This document shows, piece after piece, positions 24,280 through 37,270 of a stretch of DNA of 64,000 nt (its first letter is position 1; the number at the start of each line of letters is the position of its first letter). This DNA is from Camelus dromedarius (Eukaryota). The notes beneath the pieces were generated by a model. It made no database searches. It was not told the DNA's origin and saw nothing but the letters and a program-made list of their open reading frames with translations. The position numbers were made by a program, and so were the translations under genes. The stretch spans positions 27,468,001 through 27,532,000 of the forward strand of contig NC_087437.1 of assembly GCF_036321535.1 (NCBI RefSeq), read 5' to 3'.

Positions 24280-25799
24280 GGAGGTTTCATGTTTTTATAC
24301 CCCGTGTCAGGTCAAGGCGAGAGGAGATTTGCTGCTTCTGTCTAGAAGTAAGGATACCGTGGTGGTTCTTTATCAGGACTGTTAGGTAGTTCTGTGATTG
24401 AAAGTCGTTCAGGGAGCCCACAGAACAAGGCAGCTGTGTTCCTGTCCTTCCAGAGAGACGGCTTCTCCGTGCAGCAGCTGTGGCTTCCTCAGTCCACTGC
24501 TTGAGTTGGTTGCCTTCTTTCTCTGTTTCTTAAAAATCCAAATAGTTCACGAGGCTCTGTTCACCAGCCAGGCGTCATCGCTTGCGGGGTGCTTGAAAGT
24601 CCAAGAGCATGTGGGCCATGGGCTGATGCTGTCGGGCGTGAGGTGCAGCCCTGCCCTAGAGGAGCTCACGGGTGGTGTTCAGGTCACATTTCTTGGCTCT
24701 CAGTGCGGCCTGCTCTTTACAAAGGGGCTTTGGGACAGGGCTGGCCATGGAGACAGGGTCTCCACCATGGTGGAGTTTACTGGCTTGTCAGGAGCACAGA
24801 CGCGCTCATGATGAGCTGCTTGCACATCCTGTGACAAGGGGCTGGCGGAGCAATGCTTAGGGGGCTCAGCACGTTGAGAAGTGCAACTTCTAGTCCAACC
24901 TAGAATTCAGGGAGATTTTTCTGGAGAAAGCGGTCCTGACTAGTGCTTATAATATGGATTAAAAAAAAAAAATGTGGTAGGAGTGTTCCTGGCAGGGGGA
25001 ACAGCATGGAGAAAGGCCCAGAGGGTTGATCAGTCACCTGGTGGGCAGGTTGGTTTTAATGGAATATAAAGTATGAGACCTGTTGGCAATCAGGGCATAG
25101 AAGACCGCTGTGTGCCTTATGATTGGGGTAGGGGGTGTCACTGAAGGTGGTTTTGTGCAGGAAGTGACATGGTCAGTTGTGTGTTTTTGTTAGATTGTTC
25201 TGGCCACAGTAGAGAGAAGATCTTTGGGGGTGGGGAGGTCAGGGAGGGAGAGGCAAAGACAAGAAGGCGGCTGGCTTGAGCACCTTTGGGCTATTTTAGA
25301 TGGTTTTATCCCTTGAGATCTCCACGTGGATACGTTCAAGAAGTGGTTCTGTGTCTGATTCTGAAGATGAGGGCTGACAACTGGCCAGATGTGTGGATTT
25401 GAGTCACTCAGGGCTGCTTGGCTGGTCAAGACCCTGAGATGGGGTGAGATTACCTAGAGAGTTAGTGTGAAGGCTGACCTATGAACCTGAGAGGCACCCG
25501 GGGTCAGAGTTTGTAGAGGGGACGTTCACAGAGATGCCCAGGAAAGGCTGGCCAGACTGGAGAGAGAAGAATGGGGGAGAGGGTTGTTATAGAAACAAAG
25601 ATGATGACCAAATATGCCAACTGATGAGGGATGCTGAGGGTAGGAGAGTATGTGTGTGTGGCTGGGGAGGGCTATGTGGGAACTCTGTGTTTTCTACTCA
25701 GTTCTGCTGTGGGCCTGAAACTGCTCTAAAAAAATAGTCTGTTAAAAAAAAAGAAAAAAACCCAAAGATGACCAGAATAATATTGTCATAATTTGGTTA

Positions 25800-26020
25800 T
25801 AATCATATTAATGACATTCACTGCGCTCCAGGCACTGTTGTAAGCTGTGGCATATATTGAGTCATTCAGTTCTCAGAACCACCCTATGAGATAGGAAATC
25901 AGTGTTATTCCTGTAACAGGAATAGTGAAATGGAGACACAGGTCACACTGCAAGTAAGTGACAGAGCTAGAATCCACACCCAGTCTGGATCCACAGTCCA
26001 CACTCTTAACCACGGTGCCA
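25800..26020 (-). mobile_element. MIR SINE
   Basis: ccaggcactgttgtaag...accctatgagatagg...ggtcacactgcaagtaagtgacagagctagaatcc...cactcttaaccac. Confidence 0.65.
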
Positions 26021-26334
26021 AACTGCTCTGGGTAGCGCAGAAAGTCCCCAGGAGTTACTTGTGGGCAGAGCCCAGTGGACCGGGGACGTCTGGTAGGACG
26101 ATGGCTGAAACTACTATTTGAGAATGTGGTGGCCACGGGTGATCCGCTGAGTGGTGGGCGAGGAGCCGTGTTAAGGTGCTGACATCACCTTGGGCTGGCT
26201 CCGTGTCTCCTCTGTGGCTCGTGTTTCTGTTGGGTACAGTCAGGGAATGACACTCCCTCCCTCACGGGGTTGTGATGCCTGAGTAAGACGGTCACAGACG
26301 GTGCTTCGTGCAGGCTGGTTGAGTGGACAGTATC

Positions 26335-26525
26335 TGCAGGGGCCTAAGTCGGGGAACACAGGTGACAGCCTGTAGGTCAGGTCCAGCCCACAAGATCAGA
26401 ATAGGTTTTACACATCAGTCAGTGATTAAAACGCAAAAGGAGACTGTGTGACAGGGACTCTCGGTGGCCTGAAAGGCTTGAATCGTTTACTGTCTGGCTT
26501 TTTATAGGAAAGTTTGACCCCCCGA
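26335..26525. mobile_element. MER58-like hAT MITE
   Basis: tgtgacagggactc...ggcctgaaaggcttgaatcgtttactgtctggctttttataggaaagtttgacccc. Confidence 0.6.
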
Positions 26526-26992
26526 TGGCCCAGGGTTACTACCTGCCTAGCATTTGAGAGGCTACTTATCGCACCGTTATTTGAGAGGAAAAAATTTTAC
26601 TTTCTAGGTTTTTACAACCTAGAAATTATATATTCTAATTTTGTCTCATGTTTAAATTGCATTTAAAAACCTGTTTTAAGTGACAATTTTTAGGTGATGA
26701 TTACAGCATTTTAGGAAGTTTCCTAGGCTTCCTGTGCTAGAATTTAGCATATAAATGATAATATTCCTTAATTTCTCAGTAGCTGTATTTCCTCCTGTTC
26801 AAGTTAATAATTCCATCTTAGTTTTATCTTATCACTGGAAAAGTTGAGAATGAATTAAGACATTCATATTTTAAACTCACCGGTAGGAAACAATAATTTA
26901 GTCAGGAAACCGGGTGTCACTTTTTAATCCTCAAGCTTTCGTAATACTTTTCTCCTTCCTCTAAACATCTGGATTTTCTGCTCCATTTCCAG

Positions 26993-27142
26993 ACTGTTAC
27001 TCTCTGTTGCCCAAGTGCCTTGGTGTGGAATTACTCCACAAACGACAGTAAGAGCGCGAACCCAGGCTCGCCCCTCGATCTGCTGCAGGTGGCCCCCTCC
27101 TGCCTCCCCATGCCGGGTGGGAACACGGCCTTCAACCAGCAG
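26993..27142 (+). CDS. MED12L: MED12L coding exon (window exon 5, 150 nt)
   Basis: tttccag|ACT...CAG CAG|gtagac; [50 protein letters not shown]. Confidence 0.96.
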
Positions 27143-27941
27143 GTAGACTTTCTGTTACGGTTTGATGGGTGTTTTCATTCTTGAGAGGTGTCCCGGCAGT
27201 GCAGGCCGAGCCTGGGTTTCAGCAGCCTCAGATCGTTGTCCCAGCCCTGCCCCCAGGTGGCCGGGGTCGGGGAGGTACGCAGCCTCTCTGAACGCACAGG
27301 TTCACCATGTCACTCCTTTTCTTCTCACCCCGGTGCTGGGCTGTTCTTGCAGGGTCCCCCCAGCCCACCCCCATGGTAACTGTGGTGGCTCTAACCCGTG
27401 ACCACGATACGCGAACTTAGTAGTCTATACATTAGTGTAGTAATGTGCCATAGAGGTAACAGCTACTGAATATCTAGACTATTATATGTTTTTTATTAGT
27501 GCTGGATTATTTGGTTCAAAGACTGAAGTAATTTGAACCACAGGATCATGGCTCATATTTAGAATAAGGGCTGTGTTTTGTTTTACCAAGCAATTTTCTT
27601 AAATTAATAAAACGTGTCCGGTTGCTTTCATACATAGAAGAAACGCTCAAAGATGATACTTTAGAACCTTCACCTTTCTGTATGATGTCCTAAAAATATT
27701 CCACTTGTAAAGTTTTTTTTTTTTTTTTTTTTTTGCAAGCATTTATTTTTGAAAACCGGCATTGAGTCAGCACTTGTCAATTTTAAAATACACTTCTTGG
27801 GTGACGAGCTGGATTTCCCACAATGCAGTCAAGACCGTAGTTCACTGTAGGATGCCCTGCTCATGTGGAAAAGGCTGACATGATTTAGACAGCCGCTGTG
27901 GCTTTCCAGGCGCAAGTTAATTAGAAGCGATTATCTTTCAG

Positions 27942-28041
27942 GTTCGGGCAAGGATTTATGAGGTAGAACAGCAGATAAAACAAAGAGGCCGTGCAGTGGA
28001 AGTTCGGTGGTCTTTTGACAAGTGCCAGGAGTCAACAGCAG
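27942..28041 (+). CDS. MED12L: MED12L coding exon (window exon 6, 100 nt)
   Basis: ctttcag|GTT...GCA G|gtacag; [33 protein letters not shown](G). Confidence 0.96.
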
Positions 28042-28363
28042 GTACAGAACACCACCACAGAAGGAGGAGTGCTTGTGAACGTTGGACTTCCTGCCGCGTT
28101 TCTGATTCTTGTAAATCAGTGCACATACTGCGTAAGGACGCTTTTGGACAGAGCCACCTAGTGAATTTTGAGGGCATCCTTCAGTCTATGCCCTTTAGAT
28201 ACTGGCTGTCTAGAATGTCACGTTTTGTTTTATTGGCAATTCTTTTATGCTGAGAATGATAATTGCTTAAAATTCCTTTTTGCCCCACGTGATGATGATT
28301 GTGTACTATGCTGTTCTGGCTTTGTTTGGCCTCTTTAACTACCTCCTTCATTTCTGCATCTAG

Positions 28364-28500
28364 GGGTGACCATTAGTCGGGTTTTGCACACGTTGGAGGT
28401 GTTGGATCGACACTGTTTTGACCGAACTGATTCCAGCAACTCAATGGAGACGCTTTACCATAAGATTTTCTGGGCAAACCAAAACAAAGATAACCAAGAG
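28364..28500 (+). CDS. MED12L: MED12L coding exon (window exon 7, 137 nt)
   Basis: catctag|GG GTG...CAA GAG|gtagtt; (G)VTISRVLHTLEVLDRHCFDRTDSSNSMETLYHKIFWANQNKDNQE. Confidence 0.96.
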
Positions 28501-28894
28501 GTAGTTAACATTTCTTTTCTTCTTTTCACCTTTTATTTTCTTAGCATATTTTCTTCTTTTTTGTTTAGTAAATTCCTGCAAAGCCTTTTCTATGAAGTGT
28601 AATACCTTATGAAGGCATCCATACCCTGAAATCATTCTGCTGTTGTGCTGAAATAACCCACCATTAAAATGAAATGTCCTTTGGGTTGGTCTGTCTAAGT
28701 GTATTGGTTGGAAAGATTTCTCTTGGCCCTTTTATCACCACTCCCCATCCTTTTAGTTTTAAGAGAATATCCTTCATCTAGTGATTGGTCTTTATTTTGA
28801 CTTTAACTTAGGCTAAATATTAAAATACATTCTCCCAATCAGAGAGCAGTGAATGAATACTTGTGGTCATGGTGTTTGAAAAATCTGTAGACGG

Positions 28895-29363
28895 TGTATT
28901 AGGAGTCTCCAGAGAAACAGAACCAATAGGGGAAAAGTTTACATATATATTATATTATATAAAAGTAAGAGAGAATTTTATTCTGAGGAATTGGCTCACA
29001 TGATTGTAGAGGTTGGCAAGTGTGAAATGTGCAGGGCAGGCCAGTAGGCTGGAGACCCAGGGAAGAGTTAATGTCACAAGCTTGAGTCTGGAGGCAGAAT
29101 TCCTTCTTCCTCGGGGGGTGGGGGTGGGTTGGGGGGGGATGAGGGGCGGGAAGGTGGGAACCTGTCTTTTCTCTTAAGGCCTTCAGCTGATTGGATGAGG
29201 CCCACCTGCATTATAGTGGATTGTCTGCTTTATTCAAAGTTTACTGATTTAAATGTTACTCACATTTGAAAAAAATACCTTCACAGCAACATCTCCACTG
29301 GAGTTTGACTGGAAAACTGGGTACCGTAGCCAGCCAAGTTGACATGTGAAATTAACCGTCACA
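28895..29363 (-). mobile_element. Solo LTR, MLT2 (ERV-L) type
   Basis: TG...CA termini (tgtattagg...ctccagagaaacagaaccaatagg; gccaagttgaca...aaattaaccgtcaca); 5-bp TSD GACGG (28890-28894) and GACAG (29364-29368). Confidence 0.88.
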
Positions 29364-29604
29364 GACAGTTTTTATCTTACGCTTTCCTAGCAATATTTCA
29401 TTATTAAAATGCTCCACTAGCACAGAATTTTCAATAATGTTTTTTCACTCTTATTTTGAGAGAAATATAAAGTTTCTCTTCTTTTTACAATGGGAAGTAT
29501 GTATGGTTTATCCAGGTTGTCCTAGGCACCAGGAAGGCAGAGGTAAATTTTAACACATGGTACCCATTTTGAAGGAACACGTTATTTAATGTAATTAGTT
29601 GATT

Positions 29605-29740
29605 TACTTATTGAAGGATAATTGATTTATAATATTATATTAGTTTCTGGTGTACAGCATAGTGATTGACTGTATTTATAGCTTATTCTCCATTTAAAGT
29701 TATTACCAAATAATGGCTGTATTTCCCTGTGTTGTACGAA
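29605..29740 (-). mobile_element. Short artiodactyl-type L1 3' end
   Basis: ttgatttataatattatattagtttctggtgtacagcatagtgatt...tggctgtatttccctgtgttgtac. Confidence 0.75.
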
Positions 29741-30869
29741 TGAACACTGTATAATTAACTGATTATAAATATCTTTGATTCTCATATTAGCCTTTGGGAA
29801 TGCATGAGGACAGAAGAGATAAAACAGCAACCTGAAACCTTTCCTTATCCTTACCTTTATGTGAACCTGATGTGAACTTGTTCCAGGTTATTCTTCTTGA
29901 AGTAATTTGTACATCAGCACCTTGCTTCTCAAAGATGAGGTTCAAGACTGCTGATGCCAAGTAGGATGCTGAGCATGAGGAACAGGCTGGGTGTATTTTC
30001 TGACTCGTGGCGAGTCTCAGTAGAGGTGCTCCAGTATTTCTGTAGAGCACATTGATTATAAGTCTACCTAATTCTCTGCTTCTTTACACAGGTTAGAATG
30101 TTATGTGTGTGTGTGTTCTGGCGGGGTGGAGACCTTAAAGTCTCTCTCTTTGAAATAAAGACTTTCTTAGATGAAAGACCTCAAGAACATTAAGTTGGTT
30201 TTTTTTTAATACATAGAAGTGAGATATCTGGAAGGAAAGTAGAGATAAAATTTAAGGTGTCTTTTTGGATTGTGAAGCTTCTTACACTAAGTGTTGACTC
30301 AAGACGATGTGGTTCACTGGTGAGAGTTTTACCAAGTCCCCTGAAGCCCCTTCAGGTTTGTGGCTGGCCTGCCTGTTTAAGTTCCTAGTGAATGAACTGG
30401 CCAACTTCAGAACTATATGCCTCATTCACCCGCAGAGACTGAAGTTGCTCACCAGCACCCCAAAAAGAAAATGATGAGTGTCTAATCAAGGGCAGAAATT
30501 AGGTCTGATGTTTTTGAATAGAATCACACTTTTAGCGTCTCTTTAAGGCACAGTTGCCTCCAGAGTCGGTGCTTGAGATTAGCCATTGGGGAATGAGAAG
30601 AAACTATTAGAACTTCTATGTAGATAATATTTTTTTAAAAACCCCACATTTTAAGCAGCTCCATTTTATCTAAGTTTTATAATGAACATAATTGTTATGG
30701 TAGTATGGGCATAGAAATTATAAGTAAATATATGTATATTGAGAGTATTTACTAAGAAGAAGAAAAAAAAAAAAAAAAACAGAACTGGAAATGTTTGTGA
30801 GAACTGGAGATCCTGGCTCTAAGCTCCCTGTAAACGAGTGACTTCACCCAGGCTGTGGGGGAGGTGCTG

Positions 30870-30883
30870 CCACTAGAGGGCGC
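30870..30883 (+). promoter_or_regulatory. CTCF motif
   Basis: CCACTAGAGGGCGC, exact match to CCASYAGRKGGCRS, in a small GC-rich patch within AT-rich flanks. Confidence 0.7.
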
Positions 30884-33800
30884 CGTGTGCCCAGGGCTGA
30901 GAGTCCTGGATGCTCTGGTAACAGACTTCATTGGAAGGAACATCAGTGCTGCCCATTCAAGAGTAATTGTATTGAATGTTGACTCAACTCTGGAAAGATT
31001 TGATGTGAGTGAGTGGTTGCTTTGTGGTTACTCCGCTGTTTTATGAGTAAGACAAAAACTGCATTTTAAATCTGTAATTCAGACTGGTCACCTTTTCTTA
31101 ATAATCTATCAGAGTAACTGGACAGGTACTTCTGAAATATTTAGCGATAAATAATTTTTTCAATATGGCTTTGGCATCTGTCTTTGTGTATATGTGTGTG
31201 TATGTATGTATGTGAATGACAGGGTTTCATCTGTGTGTTTACTCTTCAACAGGGTTCCCTGTTTTCTTGACCACTGAGTCACTTTTGGTATTTCTGGAAT
31301 TCGTGTATGAGTGCAGAACTGTTTTGACTCCTGATCAGCTGTATGACTTCGGGCAAGTTAGTTGCTGCTTTAGGACTCTTTCCTGTTAAATTGGCATAGA
31401 ACACTTCCTTGCCCCGCCTCTAAGGAGACATGAGCACCTTGAAAATTCTAAAGCTCTGTATAAACAGGTTTTAAAAAATTGTTACTGTCAATGATCGTAG
31501 CATAGCAATAATTATTACTATTATATTGGAAGAACCAGTATGTTGAAGCTATAATTCTCAGATAAGAAGGAGTTCTATGAAGTGACATGGTTAGGATTCA
31601 GAAACACAGCTCCCTTCTTGAAAACACACTTCCCCCTTTATGGTTTCATAGCTTGTGTTAGGACCCAGACAACATGATAGATAAGTTGACAGACTGACTA
31701 GCCTCTGTGGTTGCAGTAAGGTTGAGGTTTGCTCTTGCAAAAGCTGTGTTTAGGTGGGTCTGGGCCCTGGACTACACAGCTTACTTCCCCACATCTGTTT
31801 AGGAAACTTGAACTTTCCTCTCCTCGATTCCCTTTTCTCTGGAACTGCTAAGGGGAAATCCGGTTTTCTCCGCCCTCTTGGGAGGAGTGGGAGGGGGCAC
31901 CTCTCCAGATGAGACAAGGGGCCTGAGGTTCAGACTGGTGTGTGTAGCCAGTCTTGGTACTGGGTGAGAGCCTGCTGAAAACAGTAATGCGTAGGATGAA
32001 GGCATTCAAAGCCTTGGTCCTGCCCCAGAGGGGGCTGCGGTCACAGAGTGAGAGTAGGAGCTGGTGTGCCCCACGTCAGGTGTGCCAGGGCCACAGCAGC
32101 CTTCCACAACTCCCCGTGGAAAGTCTCATTCCTTTACCCTCCCCGCCGCCCCTCAGAGCCCCAACTACTGCTTCTGAGGTCGGGCTTGGGTGAAAATACA
32201 TGTCTGGAAACCCTTAATGTTTGCTTGTTCTAGATTTATGCTACTTGGTTTTCCATGCAGTGTAGTATGAGATAGAAACATTTGTAATGCTTAGGAAGGG
32301 GCTCAGAGACTCATGTCCCGTGGTGTGCAGCAGGTGTGGACCAGGGGTGGGCTGCTGTGTGCGGGGCGCCGAGAGGGCAGGGCCAAGGGGACCAGGACAG
32401 GGTGAGCCCTTCCCGAGCAGGGCAGCCAGTCTTGGCTTCTGCCTGGTTTGCTGTTTCAGAACTGTTTCTACGCTGCATGCTGGAGGCAGAGAAGCCAGAC
32501 ATCCCCATGAGGGAGTCACTCTTGATTCCAGCCCTGACCGCGTCTGTCACATGACACCCACAGGCAGGGGTCACTATGCTGACCTCACCTCTGAGCAGCT
32601 GGGTGGGGAGCTGCCCCCTCCACCTTCCAGATTCCCTGGACCACTTCCTTCTGTCTGGCTTCTCTCCTTGTCTGTGTGAGGCGTGCGGGGAGAAGCAGCT
32701 GCATCTCTGGGTACCCTGGCGACGAGGAGAGAAGGGAAAGGTGACAGGAAGAGCTGCCTTTTCACTTCTCTCTCTGGTGCCTAAGGAAGCAAACTTTCTC
32801 CTGAGTAATGAAAAGGCCAAGCCAGCTGCACTGACCACGCTGGCCAAAACAGACATTTCTTCCTTCCCTGCTGTTTGATCAGAACCACCACACACCAGAA
32901 ACCTGAAAAGCGACAGGTCTATTGTTTGTATTTATTTTATGCCTAGAATATGCACGAAGCATTCCCTGACAGATTTGATGGGCTGACATGGGTTTTTTTG
33001 AATGTAGAGACCTCCCTCCTGCTCTGACTCAGTCCTCCAGGGCCAGCCCCCCTGTGCGTCAGGGTGTCTGTGGGACTCTGACCAGACCATCCACCAAGGC
33101 AGAATCTCCACCTCTTTTCTGCCATGGCTGTTCCGTGGGTGTCTTCCCGCAAGCCCAGGGCTCCACAGGTCGGGGTCAGTGTTTCTCCTGCTCACCAGCA
33201 TGTCCTCAGTCTCCTGCGCCATGCGGGTACCCAGCAAGTCCTTGAGGGGCTTATAAAAAAGCTGCTGGGACCATGAACTGGAAGGGAAAACTGCTCTATA
33301 AGATTTGGTTTGCCAGGGCCGGGGTTAGGGCAGTGATGAGATCTGTACAATGTGTTGGCTTTACTCATGGTTCAGGTACGTAAAAGGGTACATACAGGTG
33401 GAGGTAGGAGTGTGGCTGACAGGAGAGCTCTCAGCTGGCAAGTCAGCAGGTTAGTGCACATCTGTGGTGGCATTACAGACAGTTCACTTACTTGTGATGA
33501 GCCAGATGATGTGAAAATGGCACGAAACCATATGGATGAAACACTTCAGTATTTATGGTGCTGAGCTTGTAAATGGGCACTCAGTAAACACTAGCTGCTG
33601 CCCTTACTGACGGACGGACATACATAGGGAGGCAGGTGAAGACTCTGGAGAGATGGAAGGAATGTGATTCCTTCGGACTGCTGTGAAAACACAGACACAG
33701 ACACACAGACACCCTCCCTCCCTCCCTCCCCCCTTTGCACAGCCCACTGTGTCCATAGAGCACAGCCTGGATCTGTCAGGCCTTCACATTCTTAGGTTTT

Positions 33801-34438
33801 CACAGAGGCTTTCCCCTCAGCAGGGAAGCAGTGGGATGGACTGGCCCGCCCCGGGTGAGGTGGCCGCAGTACCATCTTGTAAAAGAGGTCACACTTGTTT
33901 CAATGCTTAGGGCTTTTTCTCCCCCATGTTGTTTAAGAAAAAGTTACTTTCTAAAACTAGGACTCAAGATAAGAGGGTCAAATGAGGCAAAAATGCAGCA
34001 AACGAGGAAAAGCCCCGCGGAGGGCTCCCCGCTCAGGCCTCCTGCGCTGACCTGTTACACAGTCGCTGTAAGTGCCGGTCGTGGCCCGGCCGGGGCTGCC
34101 TGCTCCTTGGAAGTTCCCCGTGTTCCTGCGGGACACCCAGAGGAGGCGTGGCTGGTCATTTACAGCTGCCCTTTTCTCCTTTCTTAAACTAAATCTGTTA
34201 GTAAAAGGGGAGTTAGGGTCACACAGCTGGGGGAGACAGTGGCGTGTCCAGACATTTTGACTTTGCTGCAACCTACGAGGGCCAGTAATGAATCCATTTA
34301 GATTGGGGTGGGCCTCTCGGTTTTTTTCTTTCTTTCTTTTTCTTTTTCAGCTTTTTTCTTGAGTACTTCTTTGCACTAGGCTCTGTTGTAAGACATTTTC
34401 TCTGGCCGGTGAGACACAGGTTTAGAAAATTTTTTGCA

Positions 34439-34595
34439 GGAGGAGGGTACAGCTCAGTGGCCGAGTGTGCACTTAGCATACATGAGGTCCTGGGTTCAGT
34501 CCCCAGTACCTCCATTAAAATAAATAAATAAACCTAATTATCCCCTCCCAAAATAAATAAAAAACAATAAAACAAAAAATAAAAACAAAAAAATC
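34439..34595 (+). mobile_element. tRNA-Ala-derived SINE (sense copy)
   Basis: A box AGCTCAGTGG, AGC anticodon loop remnant (CTTAGCAT), B box GGTTCAGTCCC, then TAAA repeats, AACCTAATTATCCCCTCCC and an A-rich tail. Confidence 0.9.
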
Positions 34596-37129
34596 CTTAA
34601 AAATTTTATTTAAAATCTCCTACTTTGCAGAGTGAGGAAACGAAAGCTTAGAGAAAAGGAGTAAGTTAGCTGAGTAGTCAGCTCACTGGTGAGTGAAGAG
34701 GGATTGGGACCCTAAATGGTTCCAGAACAACGTTCTTCACAAGCACATTCTAGTCCCTGTATTGCTTCTTTAAAAAATAATTTTATTTCAAGTGAATATA
34801 GCTGAACAAACAGGTGTCAGATGTAATTTTGGAAAAAAAGGAAGGGAAAACCTTTAATAATTGCCGTGAACAGTTTCCACGCTGATACTGGCCTATTTAT
34901 TTGCAGGCATAATCTCTAACTGATTTTTAGAAGCTTGACAGTTTTACCATAGTAAACGGTATTTATGTCAGAAAATTCAAACCCTCAGGTTGAGCAGTTT
35001 GGCCGTTGTCGGCGGTCACAACCTTGGAGGCCAGTTCAGACCTGGATCACTGGGATCCGGGCTCTGCTGTCGAGTAGCCAGGTGGCCCCAGACTGGTGAC
35101 TTAGCTTCCTCGGTGTCATTCTCTTTGTCCATCCGATGGCCTTGCTGATAGAATCCACTTTGTGCGGTAGCGTGTGGTAAACACCTAGTAAATGCTGACT
35201 GTTATGTTCTTGGCTGGGCACCTTTGGTTGTCAGGTGAGGTGAACCTAGCACCTGGCTTCAGAAATGTACCCTTCTCATCTGTGTGTTTCCTCCATTCAG
35301 CATGAGAGGCAAGCAGGAAGGTTTCTCGAACCAGACAGTGAAGACTCGGAAACCAAGTCTAGTGTTTCAATTACCTTCCGTATGAGAGACATGGCTCTTT
35401 TCAAGGACTTCGGAGGGTTTGCTTTGTTGATCTGATTCATCTCATAAATGACTTCTGTTACGCAGTTACATATGTCTCAAAATTCTGTTTTATTTGTGTT
35501 ACTTAAATGTTGATGACTTAACTGAGCGGTAGCATATTATTTTTTTGGCACAGTGCAAATTAATGATAGTTGATTTTAATACTCAGAGGAATTGTTTTAA
35601 AACAATTTTGTTATCTACCTCCTTTCTTAGAACTTAAGATCTGTACTATTTTTAACTGCTGCTTTAAGAAAAAAAAAAAAAAGGAAGTCTTTTTTGCTTG
35701 TATGCTCTGTTTTGTTTCTTGGATGTCACAAGACCTAAAGACTGCTACCCACATGGATTCTAAGAATTTGAGACTAGAAACATCTACCCTTTCTCTTGTC
35801 AAAAACCAGCCATCTCAAGTATCTTTTGGAAATGTACATGTGGAAACATTCAAATATATAAAAATTTTTTGAAAATGAATACTGTTAATATTGGAATAAT
35901 CTTCTGAGTGTGTGGTTAACAGTCTTAGGCTTATTATCTTGTATGGTGATTTTGACTGTTAGAAGGACTGTTTGTGACTTTGTACAACAGACTTAGAGTC
36001 TGTTAGCAGTTTGGACCAAGTTTTACCTTACGTAACTCTTGAAGTATCTCTGAGACATTTAACAAGTTATTTAATCTTAGGGGGCCTCAGTTTGCTCAGC
36101 AACATAGGATTGTTGTGAAAGCATTAGAACAGGGCGCACCGTGTGACAAACACTCGTATGTACCAGCAGGAACCACCGTGCCTCTTGGTCCATGTGCTTT
36201 GGATGCTTTCCTGGGCATTTGCATACACATACATGAACACGTAGCAGCTTCAGCAGGCTGGGGGACGTAAATGAGATCGCGTTCTACAAAATATTCTGTG
36301 GGTGTTTTTTCTTTTTCCTTCCATGACTACTTAATACTTATTGTTCATCAGTTTTTAGTGGTGTATTTTCTTCTAGTCATGATGTTTTCCAGTTCTCTGG
36401 ATTGGTCGGGGCAGGTGGAGGATAATCATTTTATGCAAACTGGAGTCATCTTGCCACATCCATTCAAATATTTATTTCATTTTCTTTCCATTGGCTAAAT
36501 CTTTCATAATGATGCTAAATAATGGTGTTGTGGCCAAACTCATTAAATTAGGAATGAGAATGCTTCTGGTGTTCCACACTTAGTCAACGGTTAGATTAAA
36601 TCAGTTATTTTTCCCATATTAAGTAAGTGTGTGTGTGTGTATGTGTCGGGGGAGGGGAACAAAATGTACCCCCCCCTTAATACACCTTGTTTTTACCTTT
36701 GGTTTCATGTAACACTGCACTGCTTTTATTCTTTGATTAGAAATATCTACTGAATCTACTATGTGCCAGGCACTGTGTTAGATGCTGAAAATAAAACCAT
36801 GGAAAAGACAGATCCCTGCCTTGTAGGAGCACCTGGTCTAGCAAGTGTCAGAGGAGGAATGAAGTCTTTGGTATTTCACTCCTGTGGTTTCATTTTCTGC
36901 CTGTCAACTGGGTTACAAGTCTGGCTTGTCTCTGGAGAGGCAGAAGTCAGGTCGGAAACGGTGGGTGGCCATGGCTTGTTGGTGTGGGCTGGGCGGCAGG
37001 TTTCCTGGGGTGTACTGAGCCAGTGGGGAGAGTGCCATTTCATCACGATGTGCTCCCAGCGACCTTGATTCACCCATGAGGGGAGCAGCGGAAAGAATGA
37101 GGTCTCCCAGTTCAGCTACTTTCGATCTC

Positions 37130-37270
37130 TGTTCTCTGGGCCATCTTACTTACCTGTGAAACCTCAGTTTTTTCATGTGTAAAATGGGAAAAGCAACATC
37201 TCCTTTAAAGTTTGTTGTTGAGATTAGAGATGATGTATGCAAGACACCCAGTACCTGATCAGTAAATATT
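37130..37270 (+). mobile_element. MIR SINE
   Basis: cctcagttttttcatgtgtaaaatggg...ttgttgagattagagatgatgtatgcaag. Confidence 0.6.

Noticed and set aside
34442..34514. tRNA-Ala(AGC) gene
   Set aside because: Stems are degenerate, it is followed by the SINE tail and A-rich tract, and five more copies occur in the window; it is a SINE head.
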